The notes under the pieces: model-generated
Told to the model about the DNA's origin: nothing
Databases searched by the model: none
The model's input: only the letters and a program-made list of their open reading frames with translations
Source: an uncultured Gemmatimonadaceae bacterium
Lineage (GTDB): Bacteria > Gemmatimonadota > Gemmatimonadetes > Gemmatimonadales > Gemmatimonadaceae
Direction of reading: 5' to 3'
NCBI GenBank assembly: GCA_963781585.1
Contig: CAWAGQ010000010.1
Location: 1-64,000, forward strand
DNA: 64,000 bases
Program-made: the position numbers and the translations under genes
In this document: positions 9,967-19,442 of the stretch, one piece after another
How the letters are laid out: each line of letters opens with the position of its first letter
How positions within the stretch are numbered: the first letter of the stretch is position 1

Positions 9967-10824
9967 CTACCCGGCGGCGGCGTACCTCCGGAGCCGCCGC
10001 AGCATTCTCCGGTCGGTGGTGGCGGCGTCGTCCAGCTTGGGGGTCTCGATGACCTTGGGCACGCGCTCCAGCCGCGGGTCGGTCATGACGCGGCGAAACG
10101 GCGCCGGGCCGAGGGCGCCCTCGCCGATCAGTTCATGCCGGTCGCGCCGGGCGCCTAACGGGGCCCGGGAATCGTTGAGGTGCAGCAGACCCAGACGGTC
10201 GAGTCCGACCAGGTCGGCGAATCGGGCCCACACGCCGTCGTAGTCCCGTTTCAGATCGTATCCGGCGGCGAATACGTGGGCGGTGTCGACGCACACGCCA
10301 ACGCGCCCGCGCTGCGGATCCGGGATCGCGGCGATCAGACCGGCCATCTCCTCGAACGAACTGCCTAACGCCGTACCGCTGCCGGCGGTCATCTCGAGCA
10401 GAAGGCGGGTCCGGCCGGGCACGACCTCGAGCGCGATGCCGATCGCGTCGGCATTGCGCGCCAGGCCGCTCTCCCGGTCGTCGATGAAGTTGCCGGGATG
10501 GGACACCAGCGCCTGCAACCCAAGTCCCTCGCACCGGCGGAGCTCGCAAATGAAGGAGACCAGCGATCGCGCCCGGAGCGCCGGCACCGGCGAGGCGAGA
10601 TTGATCAGGTAGCTGTCGTGTGCGTTGGTGGCCCGGAGCGCGGAATCGCTGACCGCGCGTCGGAAGCGCGCCCGCTCAGCGTCGTCGATCGCCGGCTCGG
10701 TCCACTGGCTCGCTTGCTTGGTGAAGATCTGCATCGCGCCGGCGCGGATGGCCAGCGCGCGGGGCAGGGCCGCCGACACGCCGCCGGCGGTGGAGACGTG
10801 GGCTCCAAGAAGGTCACAGGCCAC
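9967..10824 (-). CDS. nfo: Endonuclease IV
   Basis: LLGAHVSTAGG, HDSYLINLAS, VCVDTAHVFAAGYD, HLNDS...DRHE..GEG, IETP. Confidence 0.95.
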   Translation of the reverse strand: MACDLLGAHVSTAGGVSAALPRALAIRAGAMQIFTKQASQWTEPAIDDAERARFRRAVSDSALRATNAHDSYLINLASPVPALRARSLVSFICELRRCEGLGLQALVSHPGNFIDDRESGLARNADAIGIALEVVPGRTRLLLEMTAGSGTALGSSFEEMAGLIAAIPDPQRGRVGVCVDTAHVFAAGYDLKRDYDGVWARFADLVGLDRLGLLHLNDSRAPLGARRDRHELIGEGALGPAPFRRVMTDPRLERVPKVIETPKLDDAATTDRRMLRRLRRYAAAG

Positions 10825-10833
10825 CCGGCTCCC

Positions 10834-12021
10834 TCAGTCGCGCTTTCCCTTCAGCCAGGACAGGGGATCCGTCGCCCGACCCTTGGGACGAATCTCCAGG
10901 TGCAGGTGTGGCACCATCTCCGGATCCGCTCGTCCCACCGCCCCGATCACCTGGCCCCGTTGTACCGCCGCGCCCTTCTGCACGTCCGCGCGGCTGAGCG
11001 AGCCGTACACCGAATAGTCGCCTGCGCCATGCTGGACGATCACCGTGAGTCCGTACGTCCCGAGCGGTTCGGCCATGATCACCTCGCCCGCCGCGATGGC
11101 GTGCACCGGCGTATTCATCGGCGCCGCAATGCCGATGCCGTTCCAGCGGATCGCCGTGTTGTTCGGATTCACCGCACGCCCGAACTGATACAGGATGGCG
11201 CCGTCCACCGGCCAGTCGAGGTTGCCGAAGTCGCTCGTCTTGAGCGTGCTGGTCGACAGCTCTGCATCCTCCGGTCGCGCCGCCGCGGCGCGCCGCCTCG
11301 CGTCCTCGGCCGCGGCGAGTAATTGCGACAGCCGCGACTCGTCGTGCTGGATCCGCGTCAGGCGGTCCTGGATCTGCTGCGTGGACTGCTTCGCCTGGGT
11401 CAGACTCCGCTGCCGCAGCGTCTCGAGGTCGCGCAGCCGCTGTTCCTCCGTCGCCTTTTCCTGCCGATTCCGTGCGAATTCGTCCTGCAACCGGATCAGC
11501 AGTTGCCGTTGCGAGTCGATCTGGTCGTGCAGGTCCACCACCCGGCGCACCACTGCGCGATCGTACAGCGCCAACTCGTGCAGATACTTGTAGCGCGCCA
11601 CCAGCTCGCCAAACGATCGCGCCGACAGCAGCGCCTCGGTGGCAAACAGCGGCCCGCGCTTGTAGATGTCGGCCACCCGCTTCTTCAGGGTGCCGCGACG
11701 CGCCTGCACCTCGGTCTCGGCCTGCGCCACGCGGTCGGTGGCGGCCTTGACCTCGTCGTCGAGGCTCACCAGCTGCTGGTCGAGCGATTTCACCAGACGC
11801 GACGTCGCGTCTGCCTGACGACGGAGGTTGGTGACTTCATCGGACAGGTCATGCACCCGTCCCTGCATCTCCGTCATCCGGGTGCGCAGCGAGTCCCGCT
11901 CGCGCCGGATCCGATCGAGCTCCTCCCGCTGCTGGCGCAACCGGTCGTCTGCCGACTGGCCTCGCGCAGCCACCGGCACCAGCAGCACGAGCGCCAGCGC
12001 CACAACGATCCCGTGTCTCAC
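10834..12021 (-). CDS. envC: Murein hydrolase activator EnvC (coiled coil + M23 domain)
   Basis: Signal peptide, long coiled coil, LDWPVDG...NGIGIAA...HLHLEIR; follows ftsEX. Confidence 0.88.
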   Translation of the reverse strand: MRHGIVVALALVLLVPVAARGQSADDRLRQQREELDRIRRERDSLRTRMTEMQGRVHDLSDEVTNLRRQADATSRLVKSLDQQLVSLDDEVKAATDRVAQAETEVQARRGTLKKRVADIYKRGPLFATEALLSARSFGELVARYKYLHELALYDRAVVRRVVDLHDQIDSQRQLLIRLQDEFARNRQEKATEEQRLRDLETLRQRSLTQAKQSTQQIQDRLTRIQHDESRLSQLLAAAEDARRRAAAARPEDAELSTSTLKTSDFGNLDWPVDGAILYQFGRAVNPNNTAIRWNGIGIAAPMNTPVHAIAAGEVIMAEPLGTYGLTVIVQHGAGDYSVYGSLSRADVQKGAAVQRGQVIGAVGRADPEMVPHLHLEIRPKGRATDPLSWLKGKRD

Positions 12022-12869
12022 TGCACCCGGCGCAGATGGCGTCCCACCGACAGGGCGCTCCCCAGTCCCCCGATGAGGGCACCACCGAGAATGCCGAGCA
12101 CCGACAGCGACGCGGGGAAGAAGTCGGTCTGGATGAAGGCGCGCGAAATGAGGGAGTTGGCGCCCCAGGTCAACAGCAGGGCGAGCACGCCTCCCAGTAC
12201 GCCCTTGGCGAACCCCTCCAGCAGGAACGGCCGACGCACGAAGCCGTCGGTGGCGCCCACCAGACGCATGATGGAGATCTCCCGTGTCCGCGCCAGCACG
12301 GTCATGCGAATCGTGGATCCGATGATGATGATTGCGACCGCCGCGAAGGCCGCGCCGAGGACGACTCCCGCCGCCGCCGCGATGTTGCGGATGCGATAGA
12401 GCTTGGTGATCCAGTCTTCGCCGTAGCGCACATCATCCACCAGCCCCAGGTCGCGCACGCGATTGGCCACGTCGCGCACGGTCGGCGGATCCCGAAACGC
12501 CTCCCGCATCCGGATGTCGATCGATGCCGGAAGGAATCCGGCCTCGAACACGTCGCTGAACTCCCCCATCTCCTGCTTCGCCCGTTCCAGCGCCTGCTCC
12601 GGCGAGATGTACTCCACGCGCTCCACTTCCCGGAACGCGCCGATGGTCTCCATTGTCCTGGCCACGCTGTCGACCGAAGCGCCGTCGGTGAGGAACGCCC
12701 GGATCTCCACCCGCGCCGCCACGTTCCGCAGCGTGTTCCGGATGTTGAGCGCCACCAGGGAGAAGAGGCCGAAGGCGAACAGCGAGAACGCGATGGTGGT
12801 GATGCTCAGCACGCTGAGCAGGGGTGCACGACGGAAGCCGATCAGCGCTTCACGAACTGCCAGCCTCAC
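12018..12869 (-). CDS. ftsX: Cell division permease FtsX
   Basis: REISIMRLVGATDGFVRRPFLLEG; 4 TM segments. Confidence 0.95.
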   Translation of the reverse strand: MRLAVREALIGFRRAPLLSVLSITTIAFSLFAFGLFSLVALNIRNTLRNVAARVEIRAFLTDGASVDSVARTMETIGAFREVERVEYISPEQALERAKQEMGEFSDVFEAGFLPASIDIRMREAFRDPPTVRDVANRVRDLGLVDDVRYGEDWITKLYRIRNIAAAAGVVLGAAFAAVAIIIIGSTIRMTVLARTREISIMRLVGATDGFVRRPFLLEGFAKGVLGGVLALLLTWGANSLISRAFIQTDFFPASLSVLGILGGALIGGLGSALSVGRHLRRVQ

Positions 12870-13576
12870 GGTGTGAGTTCCTCGATCCGCTTGGTCTCGT
12901 CGGCGGAATCGAACACCAGCTGCCCGCGGTTCACTTCCAGCACGCGGTATTCGTTCTTCCGGACGAGCTCGAGGTTGTGGGTGGCCATGATCACCGCAGT
13001 GCCCGACGCATTGATGTCCTTGAGCAGCTGCAGGACGCCGCGCGCCGCGCGATCGTCCAGGTTTCCCGTGGGCTCGTCCGCGATCAGCACGAACGGGTCG
13101 TTCACCAGCGCCCGGGCGATGGCCACGCGCTGCTGCTCGCCGCCGCTCAGCTCGCGCGGAAAATTGGTCGCCTTGGATGCCAGTCCCACGCGCGTCAGTA
13201 CGCGCGCCACCCGGGGCGAAATCTTGATGCGCGGCGTGTCGACCACTTCCAGCGCAAACGCCACGTTTGCTTCGACCGTTCGGTCCTCGAGCAACCGGAA
13301 GTCCTGGAAGACGATCCCGAGCTTCCGCCGAAGCCGGGAGACCTCCTTGCGCTTCACGCCGGGCGACCTCGTACCACTTACCCAGACCGCGCCGCGCGAA
13401 GGGAACTCATCCATATATACCAGCTTCAGCAGCGTTGTCTTACCGGATCCGCTCGGTCCCGTCAGGAACGCGAACTCGCCTTTGGCGATCTGGAAAGAGA
13501 CGTCGCTGAGGGCGAGCCCCGAACGTGGGTACTCCTTGAATACGTTGGCGAAGCGGATCATGGTGGCGGCCGTCAT
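12866..13576 (-). CDS. ftsE: Cell division ABC ATPase FtsE
   Basis: GPSGSGKTT, IVFQDFRLL, LSGGEQQRVAIARA, ADEPTGNLD. Confidence 0.95.
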   Translation of the reverse strand: MTAATMIRFANVFKEYPRSGLALSDVSFQIAKGEFAFLTGPSGSGKTTLLKLVYMDEFPSRGAVWVSGTRSPGVKRKEVSRLRRKLGIVFQDFRLLEDRTVEANVAFALEVVDTPRIKISPRVARVLTRVGLASKATNFPRELSGGEQQRVAIARALVNDPFVLIADEPTGNLDDRAARGVLQLLKDINASGTAVIMATHNLELVRKNEYRVLEVNRGQLVFDSADETKRIEELTP

Positions 13577-13650
13577 CTCGCCAAGTTAGACGACTGGCTC
13601 GGCGCAATGGTAGCACGGGCTCAGCGCACTCTACACACGCCGGGCGAAAT

Positions 13651-13695
13651 CCTTCGCCTCTTTGGCCTCTGACCTTTGGCCTTTGCCCTTGGCCT
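13651..13695. repeat. Degenerate (TTTGGCC)-type heptamer array just past the PLP-lyase stop codon
   Basis: ccttcgcctc tttggcc tctgacc tttggcc tttgccc ttggcc. Confidence 0.7.
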
Positions 13696-13701
13696 GCTCC
13701 C

Positions 13702-14865
13702 CTACTTCACCCCCTGTTCGATATCCGCGATGAGGTCATCGGCGTCCTCGATCCCGATGCTGAGGCGCAGGAACCCGTCGGGGATGCCGATCGCGGCGCG
13801 CTGGTCCGCGGTGAGGTGGGCGTGGGAGGTGAAGCGCGGTTCCGAGACCAGCGTCTCGACGCCACCCAGGCTGGGCGCGTGTTTGATGAGCTTCAACCGC
13901 TTCAGGAAACGGGATGCGTGCTTGGCGCCGCCCGTGAGTTCGAGAGCCATCATCCCGCCGAATCCCGACAGGATCGCCTTCGCCACCTTGTGATCGGGGT
14001 GCGATTCGAGACCAGGGTAGTGCACCCGCGCGATCTCCTTGCGCTCCTCACACCAGCGCGCGATGCGCAGTGCGTTGGCGTTCTGACGCTGCACGCGCAC
14101 GTCGAGGGTCTTGAGTCCGCGCTCCAGCAGCCAGCACGCGAATGGGTCCGGGGCCTGGCCCCATATCATCATCTTCTGCCGCACCTCTTCCACGTATGAC
14201 GCTGTGCCCAGGACCACTCCGCCGAGCACATCGTTGTGTCCGTTGAGGTACTTCGTCGCGCTGTGAATCACCACGTCGGCGCCGACCTCGAGCGCCCGAA
14301 GGTTCACCGGACTGGCGAACGTGGCGTCGACCACCAGGGCGAGCCCCAGTTCCTGGGTCAGGTGGCTGAGCGGGCGCAGATCGGCAACGCGGCAGGTCGG
14401 GTTCGCCGGCACCTCCACGAAGATGCCCCGGGTTTCCCTGCGGAGTCGGCGCCGCCAGTCCCGGGTCTCGGTGGGGTCGACCAGCGTCGCCGTAATCCCG
14501 AAGTTCGGGAATTCCTCCTCGAGCAGGCGGCGCACGCCGCCATAGAGCCACTTGCTGGCGATCAGGTGGTCGCCAGGGCGGAGCAGCGCCAGCAGCGCGC
14601 ACACCGTCGCGCCCATCCCGCTGGCGGTGACCACCGCGGCCTCCGCCCCTTCCAGCACCGACAATCGCCGCTGGAGACTCTCCGCGTTAGGCACGTTGCC
14701 GTACCGCGGATACCGCAGGCCCTCTTCGGTACCGATCGCCTGGATGAAGTTGACCGACTGGACGAGCGGCGTGACGACCGGGGCGTCGGTCGCCTGGGCT
14801 CCGCTCCCGGCGTGCACCACCTGCGTGGCCAGAGTGGTCCCGTCCCGGGGCGTCGTGCCGGTCAT
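13702..14865 (-). CDS. Cys/Met metabolism PLP enzyme (cystathionine gamma-synthase/lyase family)
   Basis: YPRYGN.P, ASGMGA, VVDATFASP, HSATKYLNGHNDV, SLGGVETL, LRLSIGIED. Confidence 0.92.
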   Translation of the reverse strand: MTGTTPRDGTTLATQVVHAGSGAQATDAPVVTPLVQSVNFIQAIGTEEGLRYPRYGNVPNAESLQRRLSVLEGAEAAVVTASGMGATVCALLALLRPGDHLIASKWLYGGVRRLLEEEFPNFGITATLVDPTETRDWRRRLRRETRGIFVEVPANPTCRVADLRPLSHLTQELGLALVVDATFASPVNLRALEVGADVVIHSATKYLNGHNDVLGGVVLGTASYVEEVRQKMMIWGQAPDPFACWLLERGLKTLDVRVQRQNANALRIARWCEERKEIARVHYPGLESHPDHKVAKAILSGFGGMMALELTGGAKHASRFLKRLKLIKHAPSLGGVETLVSEPRFTSHAHLTADQRAAIGIPDGFLRLSIGIEDADDLIADIEQGVK

Positions 14866-15161
14866 GCGAGCGGTCCGGTCGCCCGATCGAGATCGGGCTT
14901 GACGAGTCGGACGATCTCGCTCACCCCCACGCCCGCTACGTCGCGGAGGAGCACGCCGCCCTTGGGCACCGCATCGTCGACCACCACCGTGGCCAGCTCC
15001 TGGCGTCGGGGACCCTGTACCCACGCCAGCTCACCGTCGATCAGCATGCGCAGCGCCGCTTCGTCCGCGCGTACCCGCGCCTGTGGCCCCCGGTCGGGCT
15101 CACCGCGACGGGTGCCCACGAATCCCACCACCTGCAGCGGCGGATTGTACAGTTTGCTCAC
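14862..15161 (-). CDS. Small conserved protein resembling a molybdopterin-dinucleotide-binding (double-psi barrel) domain
   Basis: 99 aa from GTG 15161, with 4-nt overlaps at both neighbours; ...EAALRMLIDGELAWVQGPRRQELATVVVDDAVPKGGV... Confidence 0.6.
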   Translation of the reverse strand: MSKLYNPPLQVVGFVGTRRGEPDRGPQARVRADEAALRMLIDGELAWVQGPRRQELATVVVDDAVPKGGVLLRDVAGVGVSEIVRLVKPDLDRATGPLA

Positions 15162-15730
15162 GAAGGGCTCTCGATGGACACGTATCCTGCGGCATCCCGC
15201 ATAACGAGCCGGCGCTCCCACAGCGACTCCAGTACCCGCTCCAATGCGTCGATCGGTTGCTCCAGCTCGTCGGCCAGATCCGCCGGAACGGCGCGCCCCT
15301 TTCGTCGCACTGCATGCCACGCCTGCCGCAGGGGATCGTCGAGCACGCCGAGCACTTCCATCGAGCCGTCCCCGGACTCGACGATCACCGCCAGTTCGTA
15401 CCGGGCGATCGCCGACTCGATCGCCTCCAGATGATCGTTTCGCGCCCCGCGCACGATGAAGTATGCCTCGGTAGCCTCGGTGCCCTCGCCAGACGACGAT
15501 GAGTGACGCATGCCGTCCAGGAGCTTGCCGATGACCTCGTCGGCGCACGAGAAGTCGAGCAACCCCACCCGGGAGAAATCGATCACGATCAGCGACGGCG
15601 TCGCGCGCTCCGCCAGCAGGTGTTCGATCTCCTGACGCACGGCCGCGCCCGTGGGTCGCGTCACCAGGTTCGAGTACAGATCGCACACCGTCTGTCTCAG
15701 CACGGAGTGCACGTCGATGTGATGTCTCAC
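15158..15730 (-). CDS. STAS-like domain protein with C-terminal winged-helix-like segment
   Basis: LVTRPTGAAVR, IVIDFSRVGLLDFSCADEVIGKL (STAS-like, Ser at the expected phosphosite); C-terminal ADLADELEQPIDALERVLESLWERRLV. Confidence 0.65.
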   Translation of the reverse strand: MRHHIDVHSVLRQTVCDLYSNLVTRPTGAAVRQEIEHLLAERATPSLIVIDFSRVGLLDFSCADEVIGKLLDGMRHSSSSGEGTEATEAYFIVRGARNDHLEAIESAIARYELAVIVESGDGSMEVLGVLDDPLRQAWHAVRRKGRAVPADLADELEQPIDALERVLESLWERRLVMRDAAGYVSIESPS

Positions 15731-16617
15731 CGCTGCGGTGTCCGCTCCGGAATGGTGATCTGGACCTGCGCGCCCGGAAATGGCGGCAGCCCCTCGGCCA
15801 GTGGAACCATGTCATCCCAGCTCGGAACGATCGCGATGCGCGCCGTTCCGCTTCGAATCGAGAGTCTCCCGTCCCATTTGCCGACATAGCGGCGCACTCC
15901 CGCCAGACCCTGTCCACGTCCCGGGTCCCGAAACCGGCTCACCCCTCTGATCAGCGCGTCTTCCAGCGCCATCGCGTCGTCCCACCGGTCACTCAGCCGC
16001 CGGTTGGGTGCGCTCTCCAGCGACCTGCGAAACCCGATCCCTGCGTCGCACACCGCGATTACCACCACCCGGCGCCCGAGGCGCTTGCGATAGTTATAGG
16101 TCTGCACGGCCACCCACCCTCCGCGTCCCGCGTGCTCCACGATGTTCTGGCACACCTCGGACAGCGTCATCGCGAAGCGCATCGTGGCCTGCGGATCGAG
16201 GTTCAACTCATGCACCAGGATGGTCTGCGCCCTGGCCTGAATGCCCTCGACCACCGAGTGCACGTCGTCGCTCTTCGATACCGGCGTGATTTCGAGCAGC
16301 ACGTTCGATTCAGCGGTTCCGTTCCGCGGGCGCGGCACGTGGCCGTGCATCTCGAACACCTCTTCGGCGTGGCGGTAGAATCCCGCCCGCTGCCAGTAGC
16401 TGGCGGTGTCCTCCGCCTCAGGACCGGCGAAACCGGCGCGCTCGCCGCGCGTCTGCGCCAGGGCGAGCAGCGCGGTCAGCCCGTACGGCGACGACCATCG
16501 CGTGTGCCGGGCGTCGACGAGGATCTTCTGTTCCGGAGACAGCGGCGCCACCTGTTCGATCACCTGTTCGAACGTCTCGTCATCCAGCGAGGGCGGAACG
16601 GCGATGACCGTCGTCAC
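15727..16617 (-). CDS. GHKL/anti-sigma-factor-like ATPase with N-terminal STAS-like domain
   Basis: N-box SEVCQNIVEHA, G1 AVCDAGIG, G2 GRGQGL, FPGAQVQI. Confidence 0.8.
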   Translation of the reverse strand: MTTVIAVPPSLDDETFEQVIEQVAPLSPEQKILVDARHTRWSSPYGLTALLALAQTRGERAGFAGPEAEDTASYWQRAGFYRHAEEVFEMHGHVPRPRNGTAESNVLLEITPVSKSDDVHSVVEGIQARAQTILVHELNLDPQATMRFAMTLSEVCQNIVEHAGRGGWVAVQTYNYRKRLGRRVVVIAVCDAGIGFRRSLESAPNRRLSDRWDDAMALEDALIRGVSRFRDPGRGQGLAGVRRYVGKWDGRLSIRSGTARIAIVPSWDDMVPLAEGLPPFPGAQVQITIPERTPQR

Positions 16618-17594
16618 GTCGAGAGGAGCTCTCTCCGGAGAAAGTGTGCGAGGCCGGTTGCCCCGTGGTGTTCGACGTTGCGCGCCGCCGCGCGAACGGC
16701 CACGCGCAAGGCGTCAGCAAACTTATCACCGGCGAGCAGTCGGGAGAAATATGTCGCGCCGAGAACGTCTCCGCATCCGGTTGGATCGCCCGGCACCGAC
16801 TCGGCGCGCTCGGCCGGAACCAGCGCCGTCCGCACCGCGCTCACGCCCTTCTGCGGGGCCGCGCGGCGAACGCCCGGCGATGTCACGTCGGCCAGGCTCT
16901 CGAACCCCGGCGCCGCGAAATACACCGCGCCGCGCTGCCCCAGCGTCACCAGCAGCGATCGCACGCCGGCGCTCATCGCGGTGGCGGCCAGGGCCATCGG
17001 GTCGGGCGCCATCATCGACATCTCCACCTCGTTGACCTGGAGCAGGTCGAAGCATTCGCACCACGCGGGGGCGTTCTGAAGCGGCTCCGGCGTCCGCAAT
17101 CCTCCCGGCTGGATGGCGAGGAGCAACGAGTGCAGGTCACAGTAGATCGGGACGCGCAGGTGCTGGCGGAGGAGTTGGACCGTCTCGAGGTCCAGTTCGA
17201 AGCCGCTGATGAGGTTGATGTACAGCGCGTCGAGATCGCGGAGCAGAGGCTTGAGGCCGAGCCACGTCCATGGAGGAACGCCGCCATGCAACACCTCGGA
17301 CCGGAGTTCGTCATCCTGGTAGCGCAGCTCGACGCGGTTATTGGGGTACGGCACCTCGATCGGAGCCGCGTCGGGGGCCAGCCGCCGGAGGGACCCGAGA
17401 AAGTCGTAGGCGCGGGGGAGCGCGTCGCGGCCGATCTTGACCAGCGGCACAACCTGCCAGTCGTTAGGTAGCGCCGCGTCGAACGCGCCCAGCGCGTACG
17501 TGATCCCCCCCCACTCCTCCACCGTGCGACGGTGCGGGTCCCTCCCGTGGATCACGTCCCACACGAAGCTGCCGATCACGCCGACGCGATTCAT
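16614..17594 (-). CDS. PfkB-family carbohydrate kinase
   Basis: QVNEVE, VTLGQRGA, DPTGCGDVLGA. Confidence 0.85.
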   Translation of the reverse strand: MNRVGVIGSFVWDVIHGRDPHRRTVEEWGGITYALGAFDAALPNDWQVVPLVKIGRDALPRAYDFLGSLRRLAPDAAPIEVPYPNNRVELRYQDDELRSEVLHGGVPPWTWLGLKPLLRDLDALYINLISGFELDLETVQLLRQHLRVPIYCDLHSLLLAIQPGGLRTPEPLQNAPAWCECFDLLQVNEVEMSMMAPDPMALAATAMSAGVRSLLVTLGQRGAVYFAAPGFESLADVTSPGVRRAAPQKGVSAVRTALVPAERAESVPGDPTGCGDVLGATYFSRLLAGDKFADALRVAVRAAARNVEHHGATGLAHFLRRELLST

Positions 17595-17618
17595 GAGTCG
17601 CGGAGTGTGGAGATCGCC

Positions 17619-18644
17619 TCACTCCGCCTGTTGCTTGAACGACGCCACCGCACCCACCACCCCGGCCGATCCCGGAAGCGCCCCCGGGACGATCCGGCAC
17701 GCCTCCACCGCCGGCCGGAACGCCCGCCTCCGCGTCTCCTTGCGCATCGGCTCGAACAACGTGTCACCGGCCTGCGTCACGCCGCCCGCCAGCACCACGA
17801 CGTCGGGATTGAAGATGTTCAGCAGGTTGGCAATCCCCGCGCCCAGAAAGCGCGCCGTTTCGCGCACCACGTCCACGGCAACCTCGTCGCCCAGCTTCGC
17901 GGCTTCGTACACCGTCGCGGCGGTGAGCCGCTCCATTTCGCCCCCGACCATCCGCCGCAGCAGCGAATCGTCGTCACCCGCCACCGCCTCGCGCGCCCTC
18001 TCCGCTATCGACGGCCCCGATGCGTACGCCTCCAGACACCCGTAGTTGCCGCACTTGCACAGCCGTCCGGTGACGTCGATGGTGGTATGGCCGATCTCAC
18101 CGGCGACGTCCGACGAACCGTGGTACAGCTTGCCGTCGATGATCAGCCCTCCGCCGATACCCGTCCCGATCGTCATGCCCACCACGTTCCGCGCTCCCCT
18201 GGCCGCCCCCAGCCACCACTCGCCGAGGGTGGCACAATTCGCGTCGTTGTCGATCCTCGTTTCGATCCCGGTGCGTCCGGCGATCACATCGCGCAGCGGA
18301 AAGTTCGTCCACCCCAGGTTGGGCGTCGTCACCACCAGGCCACGCACCCGATCGAGCGGCCCGGGCGAACCCACGCCGATTCCCGTGAACATCCCCCGCT
18401 TGGCGCCGGTTTGCGCCGTCGTCTCGGCGATGACCGTGTCGATGATGCGGACGATCCGGTCCACCACGGCCTCGGCGCCCTGGTCGGCGCGCGTGGGCTC
18501 CGATCGGAGCGCAAAGACGTCGCTGCCGTCCTCGGACAGCGCGCCGGCCACGATGTTCGTCCCGCCGAGATCGACGCCTACGATGTAGTTCGAGCGCTTC
18601 TTCTGGGGCATGGGTGCGTCCTGATTCGACGTGTGATCGGACAT
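17619..18644 (-). CDS. ROK-family sugar kinase (glucokinase-like)
   Basis: GVDLGGT, NDANCATLGE, GTGIGGG, AGEIGH, CKCGNYGCLEAYAS. Confidence 0.93.
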   Translation of the reverse strand: MSDHTSNQDAPMPQKKRSNYIVGVDLGGTNIVAGALSEDGSDVFALRSEPTRADQGAEAVVDRIVRIIDTVIAETTAQTGAKRGMFTGIGVGSPGPLDRVRGLVVTTPNLGWTNFPLRDVIAGRTGIETRIDNDANCATLGEWWLGAARGARNVVGMTIGTGIGGGLIIDGKLYHGSSDVAGEIGHTTIDVTGRLCKCGNYGCLEAYASGPSIAERAREAVAGDDDSLLRRMVGGEMERLTAATVYEAAKLGDEVAVDVVRETARFLGAGIANLLNIFNPDVVVLAGGVTQAGDTLFEPMRKETRRRAFRPAVEACRIVPGALPGSAGVVGAVASFKQQAE

Positions 18645-18652
18645 CGGAACGG

Positions 18653-19432
18653 TTACCGGTGCGACAGCAGCCTGGACACAATCAAATAGGGTCCGAGAAC
18701 CAGGATCAATGCGGCAAATGCCTGTTTGATCCGCTTCTGCGATATCCGGCGGTTGAAGCGCGTCCCGATCACGGCGCCGACCGCGCCCACCCCCGTAAAC
18801 GAGAGGACCAGTGGCCAGTCGATGGGCATGCCCTCGATCACGTAGCCGATGAATCCGCTCATCGCGTTCAGGGTGATGATGAGGAGAGAGCTTCCGACGG
18901 CCACCCGCACCGGGAGTCGGGCCAGCAGCACGAGCACCGGGACGATCACGAATCCGCCGCCGGCGCCGATGATCGCCGTGAGCACCCCTACTCCCATTGC
19001 TTCCAGCGCGACCATCGGCGTGATGCTCGGCTGTATCGCCGGGACGGATTCCGCTTCAACCGCGGGCGTGCGGACCGCATCGCGCAGCATGAAGAACGCC
19101 GCGGTGAAGGCGAAGACCGCGAACAGGGGCAGGTGAACCCCTTCCGGGATGAACCTTGTAAACAGCGCCGTGAGAAAAGACGTGGCCGAGGCCAGCAATC
19201 CGAATGGCACGGCGATCCGGAGAAAGACGTTCCGCTGATGCCAGTGGGTGAGGAACCCAACGAAGGCGCTCATGCTGACGACGGCCAGACTCATGGCGAC
19301 GGCCGGTTTCGGCGCCTGGTGAAAGACGTACACGAAAATCGGCAGAGCGAGGATGGACCCGCCTCCACCGAGCAGGCCGAGCACGAACCCGACCGCCAGA
19401 CCCAGCAGGAGTCCAAGAGGAGAGGGGATCAT
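18653..19432 (-). CDS. TauE/SafE sulfite exporter family membrane protein
   Basis: GLLGGGGSILALP and GAGGGFVIVP repeats; multiple TM segments. Confidence 0.9.
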   Translation of the reverse strand: MIPSPLGLLLGLAVGFVLGLLGGGGSILALPIFVYVFHQAPKPAVAMSLAVVSMSAFVGFLTHWHQRNVFLRIAVPFGLLASATSFLTALFTRFIPEGVHLPLFAVFAFTAAFFMLRDAVRTPAVEAESVPAIQPSITPMVALEAMGVGVLTAIIGAGGGFVIVPVLVLLARLPVRVAVGSSLLIITLNAMSGFIGYVIEGMPIDWPLVLSFTGVGAVGAVIGTRFNRRISQKRIKQAFAALILVLGPYLIVSRLLSHR

Positions 19433-19442
19433 CGGTGTGTCG

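Noticed and set aside
14862..15917. 351-aa ORF spanning two other genes
   Set aside because: Only the last 99 codons (from GTG 15161) look coding; the rest overlaps better-supported genes.
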